From contig CBDCRJ010000001.1 of assembly GCA_965221025.1 (NCBI GenBank), positions 197,850-261,849 of the forward strand: DNA of 64,000 bases, in the 5' to 3' direction. The notes under the pieces were generated by a model. The model made no database searches. It had not been told where the DNA came from and worked only from the letters and a program-made list of their open reading frames with translations. Made by a program: the position numbers and the translations under genes. This document shows, in pieces, positions 24,158 to 35,311 of the stretch (its first letter is position 1; every line of letters begins with the position of its first letter). The stretch comes from Dehalococcoidia bacterium. GTDB taxonomy: Bacteria; Chloroflexota; Dehalococcoidia; Lucifugimonadales; UBA3495.

Positions 24158-27100
24158 GTGAAAGCAATGTCGAAGTCAATCATTGGTCTGGTGCTGAGCA
24201 TCGCGGTTCTCGCCATCCTGCTAATCGGGTGTTCCGATGAGCCAGAGCCCATTCCTTCAAACGGGGCCGATTCCAGCACCACCGCCCCATCGGAGCAGGG
24301 GGTCAATCCTGAGCCAACACATGCTCCCACATCGGCTGTGACAAACACCGACGCATCAGAAGCTGCAATTCCCACACCTGCCGCTCTCCCGACCGCCACT
24401 GCAACGCCCGCAGCCACGGCGACTCCGTTACCCACTGCCATGCCAAGGCCGCAGCCGACTCCCAAGCCCACGACGACACCGGCACCAACATCCGCCGCAT
24501 CAGAAGCTGCAATTCCCACACCTGCCGCTCTCCCGACCGCCACTGCAACGCCCGCAGCCACGGCGACTCCGTTACCCACTGCCATGCCAAGGCCGCAGCC
24601 GACTCCCAAGCCCACGACGACACCGGCACCAACATCCGCACCGACACCTACTCCTACACCAACGCCGACACTAACGCCAACGCCGGAACCCACTCCTGCG
24701 CCGACGCTCACACCAACGCCGACACTAACGCCAACGCCGGAACCCACTCCTGCGCCGACGCCCCTCCCAAGGGCCACGACGATTACGCTGACACCCGGAA
24801 TGGCGATGCTGGAGGCCCCGGACGAGACGGCTCACCTGGCGGTGGTGGTCCGCGACCAGAACGGCCGGGTCATGACCGGAGTACCGGTGACGTGGGCCAG
24901 CAGCGACGAGCGGACTGCTCAGGTGGATGCAGAGGGCCGGGTCATGGCCGTTGCCGGGGGGTCAGCGACGATCACCGCAAGGGCAGGCGAGGCGTCGGGG
25001 ACCTCCCAGGTCATGGTCGTTGACATGGATTGGGCCGCCGGTTTCGTAGCCCGCCAGCATGTGGTTGACGCTGTTACGGGCTTCTCCGGACGTGTTGACC
25101 CGGACTGCACGGCGGTGGACTGTGAACGTGCCCGGTTCCCGGGCGATGGTTCAGGCAACTTCGGGACCTTCAAGGCAGTCACCGGCATCGATCTGGCAGT
25201 GGACAGCACAGGCAGGAGTGGCCTGTCCGGGATGATCCGAAGGCGGGATGCGTTCGACTCCGGAAGGTATGCCAACGGCAAGGTGGTCCGAACCTACGCG
25301 GACATAGAGGCCGCGCACGCCGACGGCAAATTGGCCGTCATGTTCTATGTGCAGCGTCGGCCCGAGTCCTCCGACTGGCAACTGGACGGAGACGTCGCGA
25401 ACCTGCGGCGCTGGTACGACGAAGGCTTGAGAATTCTGCAGGTGTCATACGGCGATGGCCCCGAAAGGCCGGACGCGACCTCTCTCGACGAACGGCTTGG
25501 TTACGGAACTTACGGGCCCCATGAGGGGGAGGAAAAAGGAGTTACCGCTCTCGGCCGTGCCGCCATCGCCGAGATGAACGCCATGGGCATGATCGTCGAC
25601 TGCTCGCATTGCAGCAAGCAGACCACGCTGGATGCGGCAGCCCTGTCCACCAAGCCCGTTATTGCGACGCACGCCAACGCTGAGGCACTTACCCCGCGAA
25701 TACGGAACAAGGACGACGACGAGTTGCGTGCCATCGCCGGCACGGGAGGCGTAATCGGGGTTACGTGCATCCGGTGGATGCTCGACACGGACGGCGACGG
25801 GAAAGCGGGTATGTCCGACATGATCGCCCACATTGAGTACATAGCGGAACTCGTGGGCATAGACCACGTGGGAATCTCCTCCGACTCGGACGTGAATGGA
25901 TGGCCGCAGGAATCGGTGCACTATGCGGACGCCGACATTGCCGCTCCGGACCGCTGGGTGCGGCTCACCGCCCAACTCCGCGCTAGGGGTTGGAGCGAGG
26001 AGGACCTGGCAAAGCTGCTGGGCGGCAATTTCCTGAGGGTCTTCGCCGAGGTGCTCCCCACAAGAGGCGCGAAGGGCAGGGAACCGGAATCTATGCCCCC
26101 TAACTTCAAGGTAGCCTTCATTGGGGACCAGGGGCTAGGCCGTGGTTCTGGGGCGGTCTTGGAAATGATACGAGAGGAAGGGGCGGATATGGTGCTGCAC
26201 TCGGGCGATTTCGACTATGACGACGACCCCGACCGCTGGGACCAACAAATCAATGAAACCCTCGGTGATGACTTTCCTTACTTCGCTTCCATCGGCAATC
26301 ACGATGTTCCTGCCTGGGAAGGTTACCAGAGGAAGTTACAGGAGAGGTTGGCTCGAATCAGCGGGGCCCGTTGCACAGGCGATCTGGGAGTAAATTCCTT
26401 CTGCACATTTGAGGGGTTGTTCTTTGTGCTTTCCGGCGTAGGCACCATTGACTCGGGCCGCGTCTCCTTCATAAGTGAAGCCCTTGGGTCCGAGGAGGCA
26501 AAGGAGTCCCTCTGGCGAATCTGCTCATGGCACAAGAACCAGAGGCTGATGCAAGTCGGGGGAAAGAAAGATTCGGTCGGATGGGAGCCTTACGAAGAGT
26601 GCCGGAAGGGCGGGGCGATCATAGCTACGGGCCACGAGCATTCTTATTCACGCACACACCTAATGGATAGTTTTCGGACCCAGAGCATCGCTTCCAAGTC
26701 GGCCGTCTTGAACGTTGACAATGGAAAGAGCTTTGCCTTTGTCTCCGGTCTTGCGGGACGCAGCATCAGAGGTCAGGACGATCAGCTCGCCGCCAAACCC
26801 TGGTGGGCGGCGGTGCATACTTCGGCGCAGGGAGCAAATCATGGCGCGTTGTTTTGCGTCCTCAACCACGAAGGAGTTGAAAATCGAGGATATTGCTACT
26901 TCAAAGACTTGAATGAAGTCAATCCCGACGCGTTTGGGGTCATTGTGGGGCCGACTGCTGAAATTCCTGAGGCATCATCATTCGTGCCGACGGCGAGTCC
27001 GAAGCGGGAGGTGGAGTACGACTATATCATAGAGTTGCCGGACGACTGGATCCAGAAAGGCGAGGACAGGTACAGCAGCCCCTCGCCCCGAGTCTCGATA

Positions 27101-27466
27101 ATTATTACATCTCACAGGTTCGGAGGTGACATTGACCAGTACATCCAACAGGTGCAAGACAATCTGAAAGAGGACTGGGAGGACTGGTGGTTTACGACTT
27201 CACTATTCGAGACCACTTCCGTAGATAGGGAAATTACGGACGAACAGACGACAATCCGTATGCGGTACCGGGTGCAGGAGGCCGAATACTGTGTCCTTGA
27301 CGTTGTCGATGTCGTGCTGGTATCCCAAATCGTTCCGGGAGACCCGCAGGTATTTAGAATACGGGCGTGGATGTGCGAGCGAAACGTTGCCAGCCGTGGC
27401 CAGATGAGGGATGACGTACTGAACAGTTTTGAGGTGATAACTAGGCCCATAAACGGCGGAAGTTAA
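24158..27466 (+). CDS. Multidomain lipoprotein A: PT-rich linker, Big_2, M19 (renal-type) dipeptidase, metallophosphoesterase, C-terminal unknown domain
   Basis: Lipobox LLIGC. Big_2-like [46 protein letters not shown]. Dipeptidase [32 protein letters not shown]. Phosphoesterase [32 protein letters not shown] 24167 is the likelier start (AAGGA upstream). Confidence 0.85.
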   Translation: MKAMSKSIIGLVLSIAVLAILLIGCSDEPEPIPSNGADSSTTAPSEQGVNPEPTHAPTSAVTNTDASEAAIPTPAALPTATATPAATATPLPTAMPRPQPTPKPTTTPAPTSAASEAAIPTPAALPTATATPAATATPLPTAMPRPQPTPKPTTTPAPTSAPTPTPTPTPTLTPTPEPTPAPTLTPTPTLTPTPEPTPAPTPLPRATTITLTPGMAMLEAPDETAHLAVVVRDQNGRVMTGVPVTWASSDERTAQVDAEGRVMAVAGGSATITARAGEASGTSQVMVVDMDWAAGFVARQHVVDAVTGFSGRVDPDCTAVDCERARFPGDGSGNFGTFKAVTGIDLAVDSTGRSGLSGMIRRRDAFDSGRYANGKVVRTYADIEAAHADGKLAVMFYVQRRPESSDWQLDGDVANLRRWYDEGLRILQVSYGDGPERPDATSLDERLGYGTYGPHEGEEKGVTALGRAAIAEMNAMGMIVDCSHCSKQTTLDAAALSTKPVIATHANAEALTPRIRNKDDDELRAIAGTGGVIGVTCIRWMLDTDGDGKAGMSDMIAHIEYIAELVGIDHVGISSDSDVNGWPQESVHYADADIAAPDRWVRLTAQLRARGWSEEDLAKLLGGNFLRVFAEVLPTRGAKGREPESMPPNFKVAFIGDQGLGRGSGAVLEMIREEGADMVLHSGDFDYDDDPDRWDQQINETLGDDFPYFASIGNHDVPAWEGYQRKLQERLARISGARCTGDLGVNSFCTFEGLFFVLSGVGTIDSGRVSFISEALGSEEAKESLWRICSWHKNQRLMQVGGKKDSVGWEPYEECRKGGAIIATGHEHSYSRTHLMDSFRTQSIASKSAVLNVDNGKSFAFVSGLAGRSIRGQDDQLAAKPWWAAVHTSAQGANHGALFCVLNHEGVENRGYCYFKDLNEVNPDAFGVIVGPTAEIPEASSFVPTASPKREVEYDYIIELPDDWIQKGEDRYSSPSPRVSIIITSHRFGGDIDQYIQQVQDNLKEDWEDWWFTTSLFETTSVDREITDEQTTIRMRYRVQEAEYCVLDVVDVVLVSQIVPGDPQVFRIRAWMCERNVASRGQMRDDVLNSFEVITRPINGGS
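24353..24640 (+). repeat. Near-perfect 144-bp tandem duplication inside the PT linker
   Basis: Unit gcatcagaagctgcaattccc...aacatccgc at 24353 and 24497 (48 aa each). Only the last base differs by my reading. Confidence 0.9.
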
Positions 27467-27567
27467 TTTTTCCGTGCGGGCGGGTAGCCGCTGACATTGG
27501 GTGGACGCAAATTGGGCCACCCGCCGCCTTACGTAAGGCTGACTACCAGCAACGGCGGGTGAGACGG

Positions 27568-27639
27568 ATGTATCCGGTGGAACTGTACACACGGGCTCGT
27601 CGGGCAGTGATGGTGGAGGGGATGAGCCATCGGAAAGCG
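27568..27639 (+). pseudogene. Possible transposase N-terminal HTH remnant
   Basis: [24 protein letters not shown] resembles the Y..ElR.RAV..V.eG.S.RkaA start of IS630/IS3-type transposase HTH domains. No continuation of a transposase follows. Confidence 0.3.
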
Positions 27640-27765
27640 CACCGCAGCAGAGACATCCGTGGCAGCGGCCCGTGTTGCCGTGAGCTCCGCGCCCCGGTCC
27701 GCCTCCCATTCGACAAAGGTCAAGTGATGAGAGCTAGCAGGATTCAACTCAGGGAAGTTGAGGAC

Positions 27766-30069
27766 GTGAGGGCGATTTCGAAGTCAATCATTGGTCTGCT
27801 GGTGAGCGCCGCAGTGATCGCCATCCTGCTAACCGGGTGTTCCGATGAGCCAAGCCCCGCGCCTTCGGCCGGGATTCTTTCTGGCTCCACGGCCACACCG
27901 ACGCCCACTGCCGCGCCAACTCCTACACGCACGCTGACACCCACACCCGCATCTACGCCCGTTCCTACGGTAACACTCACCGCAACCCCAACACCGACGC
28001 CCACTGCCGTGCCAACTCCTACACGCACGCCGACACCCACACCCACACCCACAGTGGACCCCACCCCTACGCCAACGGTGACCATAACCCCCATCGGCCG
28101 CGGGATTTCCGTCACCTCAGAGGCCACACCGACGCCCACTGCCGCGCCAACTCCTACACGCACGCTGACACCCACAGCCGCACCGTTGACGCCTACGCCC
28201 ACTGCCGTGCCAACCCCAACGCCGATTCCCACTCCAACACCTGCACCGACGACCGCACCCGCGCTGACACCCACAGCCGCACCGTTGACGCCTACGCCCA
28301 CTGCCGTGCCAACCCCAACGCCGATTCCCACTCCAACACCCGCGCCGACGACGGTCGCGGTGGTGCCGGCCACGGCCGAACTGACCGCCCTGGGCGCGAC
28401 CGTGCAACTCAATGCCGAGGTGCGTGACCAAGACAGCAGGGCGATGGCGGGCGCCACGGTTTCCTGGTCGAGCAGCGCCGTCACCGTGGCAGCAGTGGAT
28501 GCGGCCGGTGTCGTGACAGTGGCGGGCAACGGCACGGCGACGATCACCGCTTCGGCCGGGTCGGCATCAGGGACCGCGGTGGTGACGGTGACGCAGGAGG
28601 TGGCCTCAGTGGAGGTGTCGCCGTCCGTGACCGAGCTGGCCGCGTGGGGCGAGACCGTTCAGCTGACGGCGGAGGCGCTCGACGCGAACGGGCATGCGGT
28701 GACGGGAACCGAATTCTCATGGCAGTCCTCTGACCCCCTGGTGGCGGAGGTGGATGCTCTTGGTGTGGTGTCCGGGATTAGCGAAGGGGTGGCGACGATC
28801 ACGGCGAGCGCGGGCGCTGCGTTGGGGTCTGCAGCAGTAACGGTGCCACCCACGTTCACTCTATCTGGCACAGTACGTGACAGCCGGGAAAACGGCCCAA
28901 ATTTGGTAGGCGCCGTCGTGCGCCTGGAAAACGGCAAACGGGAATCCGTGGTCATCGGCCCCGACGGGCGGTACAGCTTCCCGAGCGTCCGGGGGACGGT
29001 CACGGTTAGGGCCATCGCCGGGCCCACCCATGTAACCGAGACAGTTGAGATTACGGTGGACGAAGACCGCACGCTAGACTTCGATCTCGAACACACGGGC
29101 GAGCCGCCGTCTCGGGGAACAGCGTTAGACTATCCGCGAATCATCGAGCCTTCCGATCCCAGCACGTTGCAAAGCATTACGTATGCGGGTCGCGGCGAGC
29201 GTCTGGTCTATGATCGGCGGCCCGACATGTGGATTACTATCAATGCCTACCTGTTCGATGTACGGTACGAAGACGCGGAGCTTGAGTTTCAGGTCAACCC
29301 GGAATTCGGGAGCAGGGAGGCCGCGCGGACGGAAGTCGACACGTATGCGGCCGCGTTGGGCCAGTTGCCCGCAGTTCTCCTGTCGACAGTCCAAGAAGTG
29401 GAGATCAATGCTGGCTATGAGCTGTTCGGGGGCAACGGATCCGAAAGGAGTGTCAGCATCCACACAGATTACGGTAAGGAGTACATCCGTGACGGTGATT
29501 TGGAGGAGGTTCTCGTGCATGAAGCCACGCATGCCTCACTGGACCCGGCTCACAAGGACTCCCCCGGCTGGCGTGCGGCGCAGGCGGCCGACGGCGTATT
29601 CATTTCGACGTATGCCCGCGACTTTCCGGTCCGGGAGGATGTCGCAGAGAGCTTCCTGGTATGGTTCGCCGTGCGGTATCAGCCAGAGCGGCTGACCCGC
29701 TCAGAGCGAGCTGTGATTCTGAGGACAATGCCGAATCGCCTGATCTACTTTGACGAGCAGGGATTCGACATGTCGCCCTACACACCATCGGAGATCCAGG
29801 AGCCCTCCGGTGAAATCGTCACCATTCAGGGCAAGGTGATCGGGCCGAACAGCCAGCCGTTGGGAGGGATATTGCTGTGGGCATGGTCTGGAAGCGTTGA
29901 TAGCAGCGCACATACCACGACCGGGGAGGACGGCTCCTTTGCCATAGTAGTCCCCGATGGTTCCTACACCTTGGACGTATACGCCCCCGGCGAGGGATGC
30001 AATTTCGTAGGATGGCACGGCCAGGGGGATTCACCGCAGAACGGGGAGACGCAACCCGCATTGAGGTAG
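27766..30069 (+). CDS. Multidomain lipoprotein B: PT linkers, Big_2 domains, CarboxypepD_reg-like domains, HExxH metalloprotease-like domain
   Basis: GTG 27766 sits at the same position as the GTG of the paralogues. Lipobox LLTGC. At least two clear Big_2 repeats ([11 protein letters not shown]..., [11 protein letters not shown]...), plus [26 protein letters not shown] and [11 protein letters not shown]. The ORF-track start at 27559 would bury the signal peptide. Confidence 0.8.
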   Translation: MRAISKSIIGLLVSAAVIAILLTGCSDEPSPAPSAGILSGSTATPTPTAAPTPTRTLTPTPASTPVPTVTLTATPTPTPTAVPTPTRTPTPTPTPTVDPTPTPTVTITPIGRGISVTSEATPTPTAAPTPTRTLTPTAAPLTPTPTAVPTPTPIPTPTPAPTTAPALTPTAAPLTPTPTAVPTPTPIPTPTPAPTTVAVVPATAELTALGATVQLNAEVRDQDSRAMAGATVSWSSSAVTVAAVDAAGVVTVAGNGTATITASAGSASGTAVVTVTQEVASVEVSPSVTELAAWGETVQLTAEALDANGHAVTGTEFSWQSSDPLVAEVDALGVVSGISEGVATITASAGAALGSAAVTVPPTFTLSGTVRDSRENGPNLVGAVVRLENGKRESVVIGPDGRYSFPSVRGTVTVRAIAGPTHVTETVEITVDEDRTLDFDLEHTGEPPSRGTALDYPRIIEPSDPSTLQSITYAGRGERLVYDRRPDMWITINAYLFDVRYEDAELEFQVNPEFGSREAARTEVDTYAAALGQLPAVLLSTVQEVEINAGYELFGGNGSERSVSIHTDYGKEYIRDGDLEEVLVHEATHASLDPAHKDSPGWRAAQAADGVFISTYARDFPVREDVAESFLVWFAVRYQPERLTRSERAVILRTMPNRLIYFDEQGFDMSPYTPSEIQEPSGEIVTIQGKVIGPNSQPLGGILLWAWSGSVDSSAHTTTGEDGSFAIVVPDGSYTLDVYAPGEGCNFVGWHGQGDSPQNGETQPALR
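28167..28364 (+). repeat. 99-bp tandem duplication in the PT linker of lipoprotein B
   Basis: gacacccacagccgcaccgttgacgcc... occurs at 28167 and 28266 (33 aa units, [27 protein letters not shown]). Confidence 0.85.
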
Positions 30070-30515
30070 ACGGTGGAAGTGTCTTAGACATCGTAATACG
30101 GCTTCCGGACCACCCGCAGGCCTTGCCTCGCATTGAGCATTGCGCCTGACCGAGTTTACTCGGCACCCGAGGCCACGTCTGCTGCGGAAGGTGGGACATG
30201 CAGTCTGTCTTGCTGTCCATGTTCTTCCGTCAACCACGAGTACAGGGCCTCGGTAGGCTCATAGACTCCCCACCCACAGTTCGAGGCGGGTTCTGTCAGA
30301 TCATTACTAGAGATAGTATCGTCGTTCGCAGAATGCCCAGCCACATCTCGAATATGGTGCCATCTACCGTCCACTCAGGCCCACCAGACTTGATAAAATC
30401 AAGAACTTTCACCCTGCGGGTCAGGTTGGTGCTGTAACCGACGCCTGCCTTGCCCCGGCGTCGGCCCGCCGGGAAACGGCAAATCAGGCCGACAGGTAAC
30501 GTACCAGGCAGCGAC

Positions 30516-30552
30516 GAGGCCCCTGCTGTAACCGCGGGGGCCTCTGGTTTGT
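30516..30552 (+). terminator. Intrinsic-terminator-like hairpin (module C)
   Basis: gaggcccc...ggggcctc followed by tggtttgt. Lies about 450 nt downstream of the lipoprotein B stop. Confidence 0.5.
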
Positions 30553-30733
30553 CTCAGACCGCCGCAGCCATTCCTACACTCACACCCACGCCCCACCCGC
30601 TCCCCGCCACTCCCCGACCGTCAGCCGATGGGAGTCCCGTCGAGCGTCCCAGTCGCTTCCTGAACACGCTGGGCTGAGACCTGCCGCGACATAGGCATAG
30701 GCGCTTTGTAGCCATTTACCCATGCAATTCCTG

Positions 30734-30778
30734 TAGACAAATGTCTAGATAAATGTCTAGTGCAATGTAGACGTTTGC
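30734..30778. promoter_or_regulatory. TAGACAAATGTCTA palindrome region (module C)
   Basis: tagacaaatgtcta at 30734-30747, then gataaatgtctag and tgcaatgtagacgtttgc. Confidence 0.5.
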
Positions 30779-31054
30779 TCCTTATATCCGGCCTGGAGGT
30801 TCACTACGATTTATATTGGCGAGGGTTGCTTTTCGGGCGGCAAGCCTTGTCATGGGCGCCGAGAAGTCCAGGCAATCATACGACGTTGGGTGAGAGGAGC
30901 GATGACTCGCACCGGTAGACGAGGAATCTCAATCCGCGACGGAATAGAGACAGCCGTGGCAGCGGCCACGAGGCCGCCCTCCACACGACGGGCACATCCG
31001 GTCTGTGACAGGTCACGGGATGGCGGGCTGACAAGTTTCGTTTAAGGAAGGGAC

Positions 31055-34051
31055 GTGAAAGCAATGTCGAAGTCCATCATTGGACTGCTGTTAGGCATCG
31101 CAGTACTCGCCGTACTGCTAACCGGGTGTTCTGATGAGCCAGATCCCATTCCTTCAAACGGGACCGATTCCAGTCCCACCACCTCATCGGAGCAGGGGGG
31201 CAATCCGGAGCCAACACATGCTCCCACATCGGCTCTGACAAACACCGACGCCTCAGAAGCGGCAACGCCCACACCTGCCGCTCTCCCAGCTACCTCGGCA
31301 ATGCCCACAGCCACGGCGACTGCCGCCGCACTGGGGAACGGGTCCGCCGGGGAGTTCGCCTCGGTCAGCGCCGGTGGGGCCCACAGCTGCGGGGTGAGGC
31401 GCGACGGCTCCGTCGAATGCTGGGGCTGGGACAAACATGGCCAGGCCACGCCGCCGTCCGGGGAGTTCGCCTCGGTCAGCGCCGGGTTTGGCCACAACTG
31501 CGGGGTGAGGACCGACGGCTCCGTCGAATGCTGGGGATTCAACAGAGATATTGGTATCGGTATCGAGGTTGGCGAGGCCGCCCTGCCGTCCGGGGAGTTC
31601 GCCTCGGTCAGCGCCGGGTACTACCACACCTGCGGGGTGAGGACCGGCGGCTCCGTCGAATGCTGGGGCAATGATGCCGCCGGCCGGGCTAGGCCGCCGG
31701 CCGGGAAGTTCGCCTCCGTCAGCGCCGGGGGGAACCACACCTGCGGAGTGAGGAGCGACGGCTCGGCCGCATGCTGGGGTTCCAACAAGGATGAGTACGG
31801 CGATGTTGTTGGCCAGGCCACGCCGCCGTCCGGGGAGTTCGCCTCAGTCAGCGCCGGAAGGTTCCACACCTGCGGGGTGAGGACCGACGGCGCCGTCGAA
31901 TGCTGGGGGCGGAATAAGGATGGCCAGGCCACGCCGCTGTCCGGGGAGTTCGCCTCGGTCAGCGCCGGAAGGTTCCACACCTGCGGGGTGAGGACCGACG
32001 GCTCTGTCCAATGCTGGGGGTCCAATGAAGGCGCCTTTGGAAGGGAGTTTGGCCAGGCCACGCCGCCGTCCGGGGAGTTCGCCTCCGTCAGCGCCGGGGG
32101 GCTCCACACCTGCGGGGTGAGGACCGACGGCTCCACGGTATGCTGGGGCGATGATGAATATGGCCAGGCCACGCCGCCCGGAGGTTCCTTCGCCTCGGTC
32201 AGCACCGGGTGGTTCCACACATGCGGGGTGAGGACCGATGGCGCCGTCGAATGCTGGGCCTCTGATTTCTCGGGTCAGGCCACGCCGCCGTCCGGGGAGT
32301 TCGCCTCGGTCAGCGCCGGGTATTTGCACACCTGCGGGGTGAGGACCGACGGCTCTGTCGAATGCTGGGGGTCCAACGAAGACCTTGATGGAAACGAGAT
32401 TGGCCAAGCCACGCCGCCCGGAGGTTCCTTCGCCTCGCTCAGCGCCGGAGGGTACCACACCTGCGGCGTGAAGCTCGATGGCTCTCTCGAATGCTGGGGC
32501 GCCAACGTAGATAGCCGTGGAAACGAGGTTGGCCAGGCAACACCCCCTGCCGGGGAGTTCGCCTCCGTCAGCGCCGGAGACGACCACACCTGCGGGGTGA
32601 GGACCGACGGCGCCGTCGAGTGCTGGGGCTCCAACGAGGATCCGGACGGCAATGTTCTTGGTCAGGCCACTCCACCGCCGGGGGAGTTCGCCTCAGTCAG
32701 CGCCGGAGGGTACCACAGCTGCGGGGTGAGGGCCGACGGCTCCGTCGAATGTTGGGGGGCCAACGAAGATCGCTACGGAAACGAGGTTGGCCAGGCAACA
32801 CCCCCTGCAGGGGAGTTCGCCTCGGTCAGCGCCGGAGGGTACCACACCTGCGGGATGAGGGCCGACGGCCCTGTCCAATGCTGGGGGTCCAACGAAGGCG
32901 CCTTTGGAAGGGAGTTTGGCCAGGCCACGCCGCCGTCCGGGGAGTTCGCCTCCGTCAGCGCCGGGTGGAACCACACCTGCGGGGTGAGGTGGGACGGCTC
33001 CGTCGCGTGCTGGGGTGAACAGGCCCGCGGGCTGACGGCTCAGCAAGTGGCCGAAGGTCATCCCACGGCCGAAGTTCAGCCGACCGCCGAACCGGAGAAA
33101 TTCGCCATCCCGACGGCCACGCCCACAGCCACAGCGACTGCCGCCGCACCAAAGACGAGGTCCGCCGGGGAGTTCGCCTCGGTCAGCGCCGAAGGATTCC
33201 ACACCTGCGGGGTGAGGACCGACGGCTCCGTCGAATGCTGGGGAGCCAATAATGTTGGTCAAGCCACCCCGCCGGCGGGGGAGTTCGCCTCGGTCAGCGC
33301 CGGGTTTGGCCACAACTGCGGGGTGAGGACCGACGGCTCCGTCGAATGCTGGGGACTCAACGAGGATCCGGACGGCAATGTTGTTGGTCAAGCCACCCCG
33401 CCGTCGGGGGAGTTCGCCTCGGTCAGCGCCGGGTTTATCCACACCTGCGGGGTGAGGGCCGACGGCTCTGCCGAATGCTGGGGATCCAACGAGGATTCGG
33501 ACGGCAATGTTGTTGGCCAGGCCACGCCGCCGTCCGGGGAGTTCGCCTTGATGAGCGCAGGGGGGTACCACACCTGCGGGGTGAGGCGAGACGGCTCCGC
33601 CGAATGCTGGGGATCCAACGAGGATTCGGACGGCAATGTTGTTGGCCAGGCCACGCCGCCATCCGGGGAGTTCGTCTCGGTCAGCGCCGGGACTCTCCAC
33701 ACATGCGGGGTGAGGCGAGACGGCGCCGTTGAGTGCTGGGGCTTCAACGAGGATGGGGGCGGCAATGTTCTTGGCCAGGCCACGCCGCCGTCTGGGGAGT
33801 TCGTCTCGGTCAGCGCCGGGACTCTCCACACCTGCGGGGTGAGGACCGACGGCGCCGTCGAATGCTGGGGCTCCAATGATGATTTTGGCGGCAATGTTGT
33901 TGGTCAAGCCACTCCACCGCCGGGGGAGTTCGCTTCGGTCAGCGCCGGGTGGCTCCACACCTGCGGGGTAAGGACCGACGGCGTCGTCGAATGCTGGGGG
34001 GCCAACGAGAGTTGGGCAGGCAGTAATGTTGGTCAGGCCACTCCGCCCTAG
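31055..34051 (+). CDS. Lipoprotein C with 21 RCC1-like blades (14 + linker + 7)
   Basis: Lipobox LLTGC. 21 units of the form GQATPPSGEFASVSAGxxHTCGVRxDGSVECWG. The internal PT linker follows CWGEQARGLTA. Ends exactly at a unit boundary (GQATPP*). Confidence 0.85.
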   Translation: MKAMSKSIIGLLLGIAVLAVLLTGCSDEPDPIPSNGTDSSPTTSSEQGGNPEPTHAPTSALTNTDASEAATPTPAALPATSAMPTATATAAALGNGSAGEFASVSAGGAHSCGVRRDGSVECWGWDKHGQATPPSGEFASVSAGFGHNCGVRTDGSVECWGFNRDIGIGIEVGEAALPSGEFASVSAGYYHTCGVRTGGSVECWGNDAAGRARPPAGKFASVSAGGNHTCGVRSDGSAACWGSNKDEYGDVVGQATPPSGEFASVSAGRFHTCGVRTDGAVECWGRNKDGQATPLSGEFASVSAGRFHTCGVRTDGSVQCWGSNEGAFGREFGQATPPSGEFASVSAGGLHTCGVRTDGSTVCWGDDEYGQATPPGGSFASVSTGWFHTCGVRTDGAVECWASDFSGQATPPSGEFASVSAGYLHTCGVRTDGSVECWGSNEDLDGNEIGQATPPGGSFASLSAGGYHTCGVKLDGSLECWGANVDSRGNEVGQATPPAGEFASVSAGDDHTCGVRTDGAVECWGSNEDPDGNVLGQATPPPGEFASVSAGGYHSCGVRADGSVECWGANEDRYGNEVGQATPPAGEFASVSAGGYHTCGMRADGPVQCWGSNEGAFGREFGQATPPSGEFASVSAGWNHTCGVRWDGSVACWGEQARGLTAQQVAEGHPTAEVQPTAEPEKFAIPTATPTATATAAAPKTRSAGEFASVSAEGFHTCGVRTDGSVECWGANNVGQATPPAGEFASVSAGFGHNCGVRTDGSVECWGLNEDPDGNVVGQATPPSGEFASVSAGFIHTCGVRADGSAECWGSNEDSDGNVVGQATPPSGEFALMSAGGYHTCGVRRDGSAECWGSNEDSDGNVVGQATPPSGEFVSVSAGTLHTCGVRRDGAVECWGFNEDGGGNVLGQATPPSGEFVSVSAGTLHTCGVRTDGAVECWGSNDDFGGNVVGQATPPPGEFASVSAGWLHTCGVRTDGVVECWGANESWAGSNVGQATPP

Positions 34052-34064
34052 CGGGAGGGCATAG

Positions 34065-35048
34065 ATGTCGAAGCCAGTTATTGGTCTTTTGGGTCTGTAC
34101 GCGGGACTACTTGCCATACTTGTCTCCGGATGTACGTCGTTTCCCTCTCCCGAAGGTTCGTCTTACGGTACTGAGGATCCAGCAGGGATCGTTTCAGGTC
34201 CCACCCGAACACCACCTTCCAGTCCACCCAGAAGGCCTCCCCACTCCATTTCAGTGGTCGACAGGACCTCTAGCTCGTTGACAGTCGCATGGGCTGCTCC
34301 TGCCCCTAGTGCGACCTTATACGAGTTGCATCGAAGCTCTTCCGAGCGTGGCGACTATTCCGTCGTGGCCTCTGACATAGCGTCTGCCAAATTTGTGGAC
34401 CAGAATCTCGAGCCGGAAAGCGTCTACTACTACGTGGTCAGAGCGTGTAACAAGCTCGGCTGTTCAGATGCGTCAGACGAGATAGCGGCCGGAGTCACGG
34501 AGTCCGCCAGTGCAGTCAATGCCCCAGAAACCCCGCCATTCATTGAATCCATGAGGAAAGGGTTAAGTTGGACGGGAGTGAAGGGAGCAACCTACTATGA
34601 AGTGTATGGAGGCGGGAACCTATTGGCCACGGTGAGTGCGCCTAAGACGCGTAGCGCGCATGGCGCGGGTCAAACTGACTTTCTGGGCCTTTTTGATCTT
34701 TCCGGGAGCAGCGGCGGTTACCAGGTTAGGGCCTGCAACAAGGCAGGGTGTTCTGCTGGGACCGAGACGTCTTACCGTAGCCCACTTGATATTTCATTAC
34801 CTGAGATGATGGCAGGTGTCTGCGAACACGGGCTGATACTGAAGCCAGGAGAGGCATGCCAGCTTAAGGACGACGACACTATCGCACACGTTAAGGCCGA
34901 CGCAAATGGCTTTGGCGAACACGCCATTTGCGTCGGAACAGTCTCTGAGCGCCTTCGGTGTGACAATTGGGGGGCGCAGATCAATGAAGGGCTGTTCGCG
35001 TCGCAATCGGAATCCGGGAAGGAGTGGGTGGTCATAAGAATCAGATAG
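34065..35048 (+). CDS. Lipoprotein with FN3-like domains
   Basis: Signal MSKPVIGLLGLYAGLLAILVSGC. SLTVAWAAP...YELHRSS...YYYVVRACNKLGCS and a second YQVRACNKAGCS are FN3-like. Confidence 0.7.
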   Translation: MSKPVIGLLGLYAGLLAILVSGCTSFPSPEGSSYGTEDPAGIVSGPTRTPPSSPPRRPPHSISVVDRTSSSLTVAWAAPAPSATLYELHRSSSERGDYSVVASDIASAKFVDQNLEPESVYYYVVRACNKLGCSDASDEIAAGVTESASAVNAPETPPFIESMRKGLSWTGVKGATYYEVYGGGNLLATVSAPKTRSAHGAGQTDFLGLFDLSGSSGGYQVRACNKAGCSAGTETSYRSPLDISLPEMMAGVCEHGLILKPGEACQLKDDDTIAHVKADANGFGEHAICVGTVSERLRCDNWGAQINEGLFASQSESGKEWVVIRIR

Positions 35049-35053
35049 GACGG

Positions 35054-35170
35054 GTTTCTCTCGCCTCGGTTGACGCTGGCCATTCGCACACCTGCGGGGT
35101 GAGGGGCGACGGCTCCGTCGCCTGTTGGGGTACATATGCCCGCGGGGTGACCGCACCGCCGGGGGGATGA
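35054..35170 (+). pseudogene. Orphan 3' fragment of an RCC1-repeat gene
   Basis: Translates to VSLASVDAGHSHTCGVRGDGSVACWGTYARGVTAPPGG*. This matches the propeller-terminating CWG.QARGLTA motif of genes C and E. There is no start codon or signal peptide. Confidence 0.55.
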
Positions 35171-35311
35171 CGGAGATGACCAATCCAAGTATCGTATTTG
35201 TCGTTTGCTCCGTACGATTTACGCTGGCGAGGGCTGCTTTTCGAGCGGCAAGCCTTGTCATGGGCGTCGATAATCCCAGGCAAACATACGACGTTGGGCG
35301 AGAGGTGCGAA

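Larger units (their letters stand above)
30379..31054 (+). repeat. Conserved upstream module, copy C (starts with DR3)
   Basis: Homologous to module A throughout. Contains one extra AAATGTCTAG copy in the palindrome region and indels in the leader. Confidence 0.8.

Noticed and set aside
23944-24777. Long antisense and out-of-frame ORFs over the PT-rich linkers (also 27744-28547, 38381-39079, 35041-35673).
   Set aside because: They translate to G/V/A low-complexity strings that mirror the PT codons on the opposite strand. The sense frames have signal peptides and recognisable domains.
31042-34117. Many 60-640 aa ORFs in all frames across the RCC1 arrays (for example 32693-34117 minus, 38532-40451 minus, 31844-32587 minus).
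   Set aside because: They are a by-product of highly repetitive GC-rich DNA lacking stops. Their products are R/G/P-rich repeats. Only the plus-strand frame gives RCC1-like blades contiguous with a lipoprotein signal.
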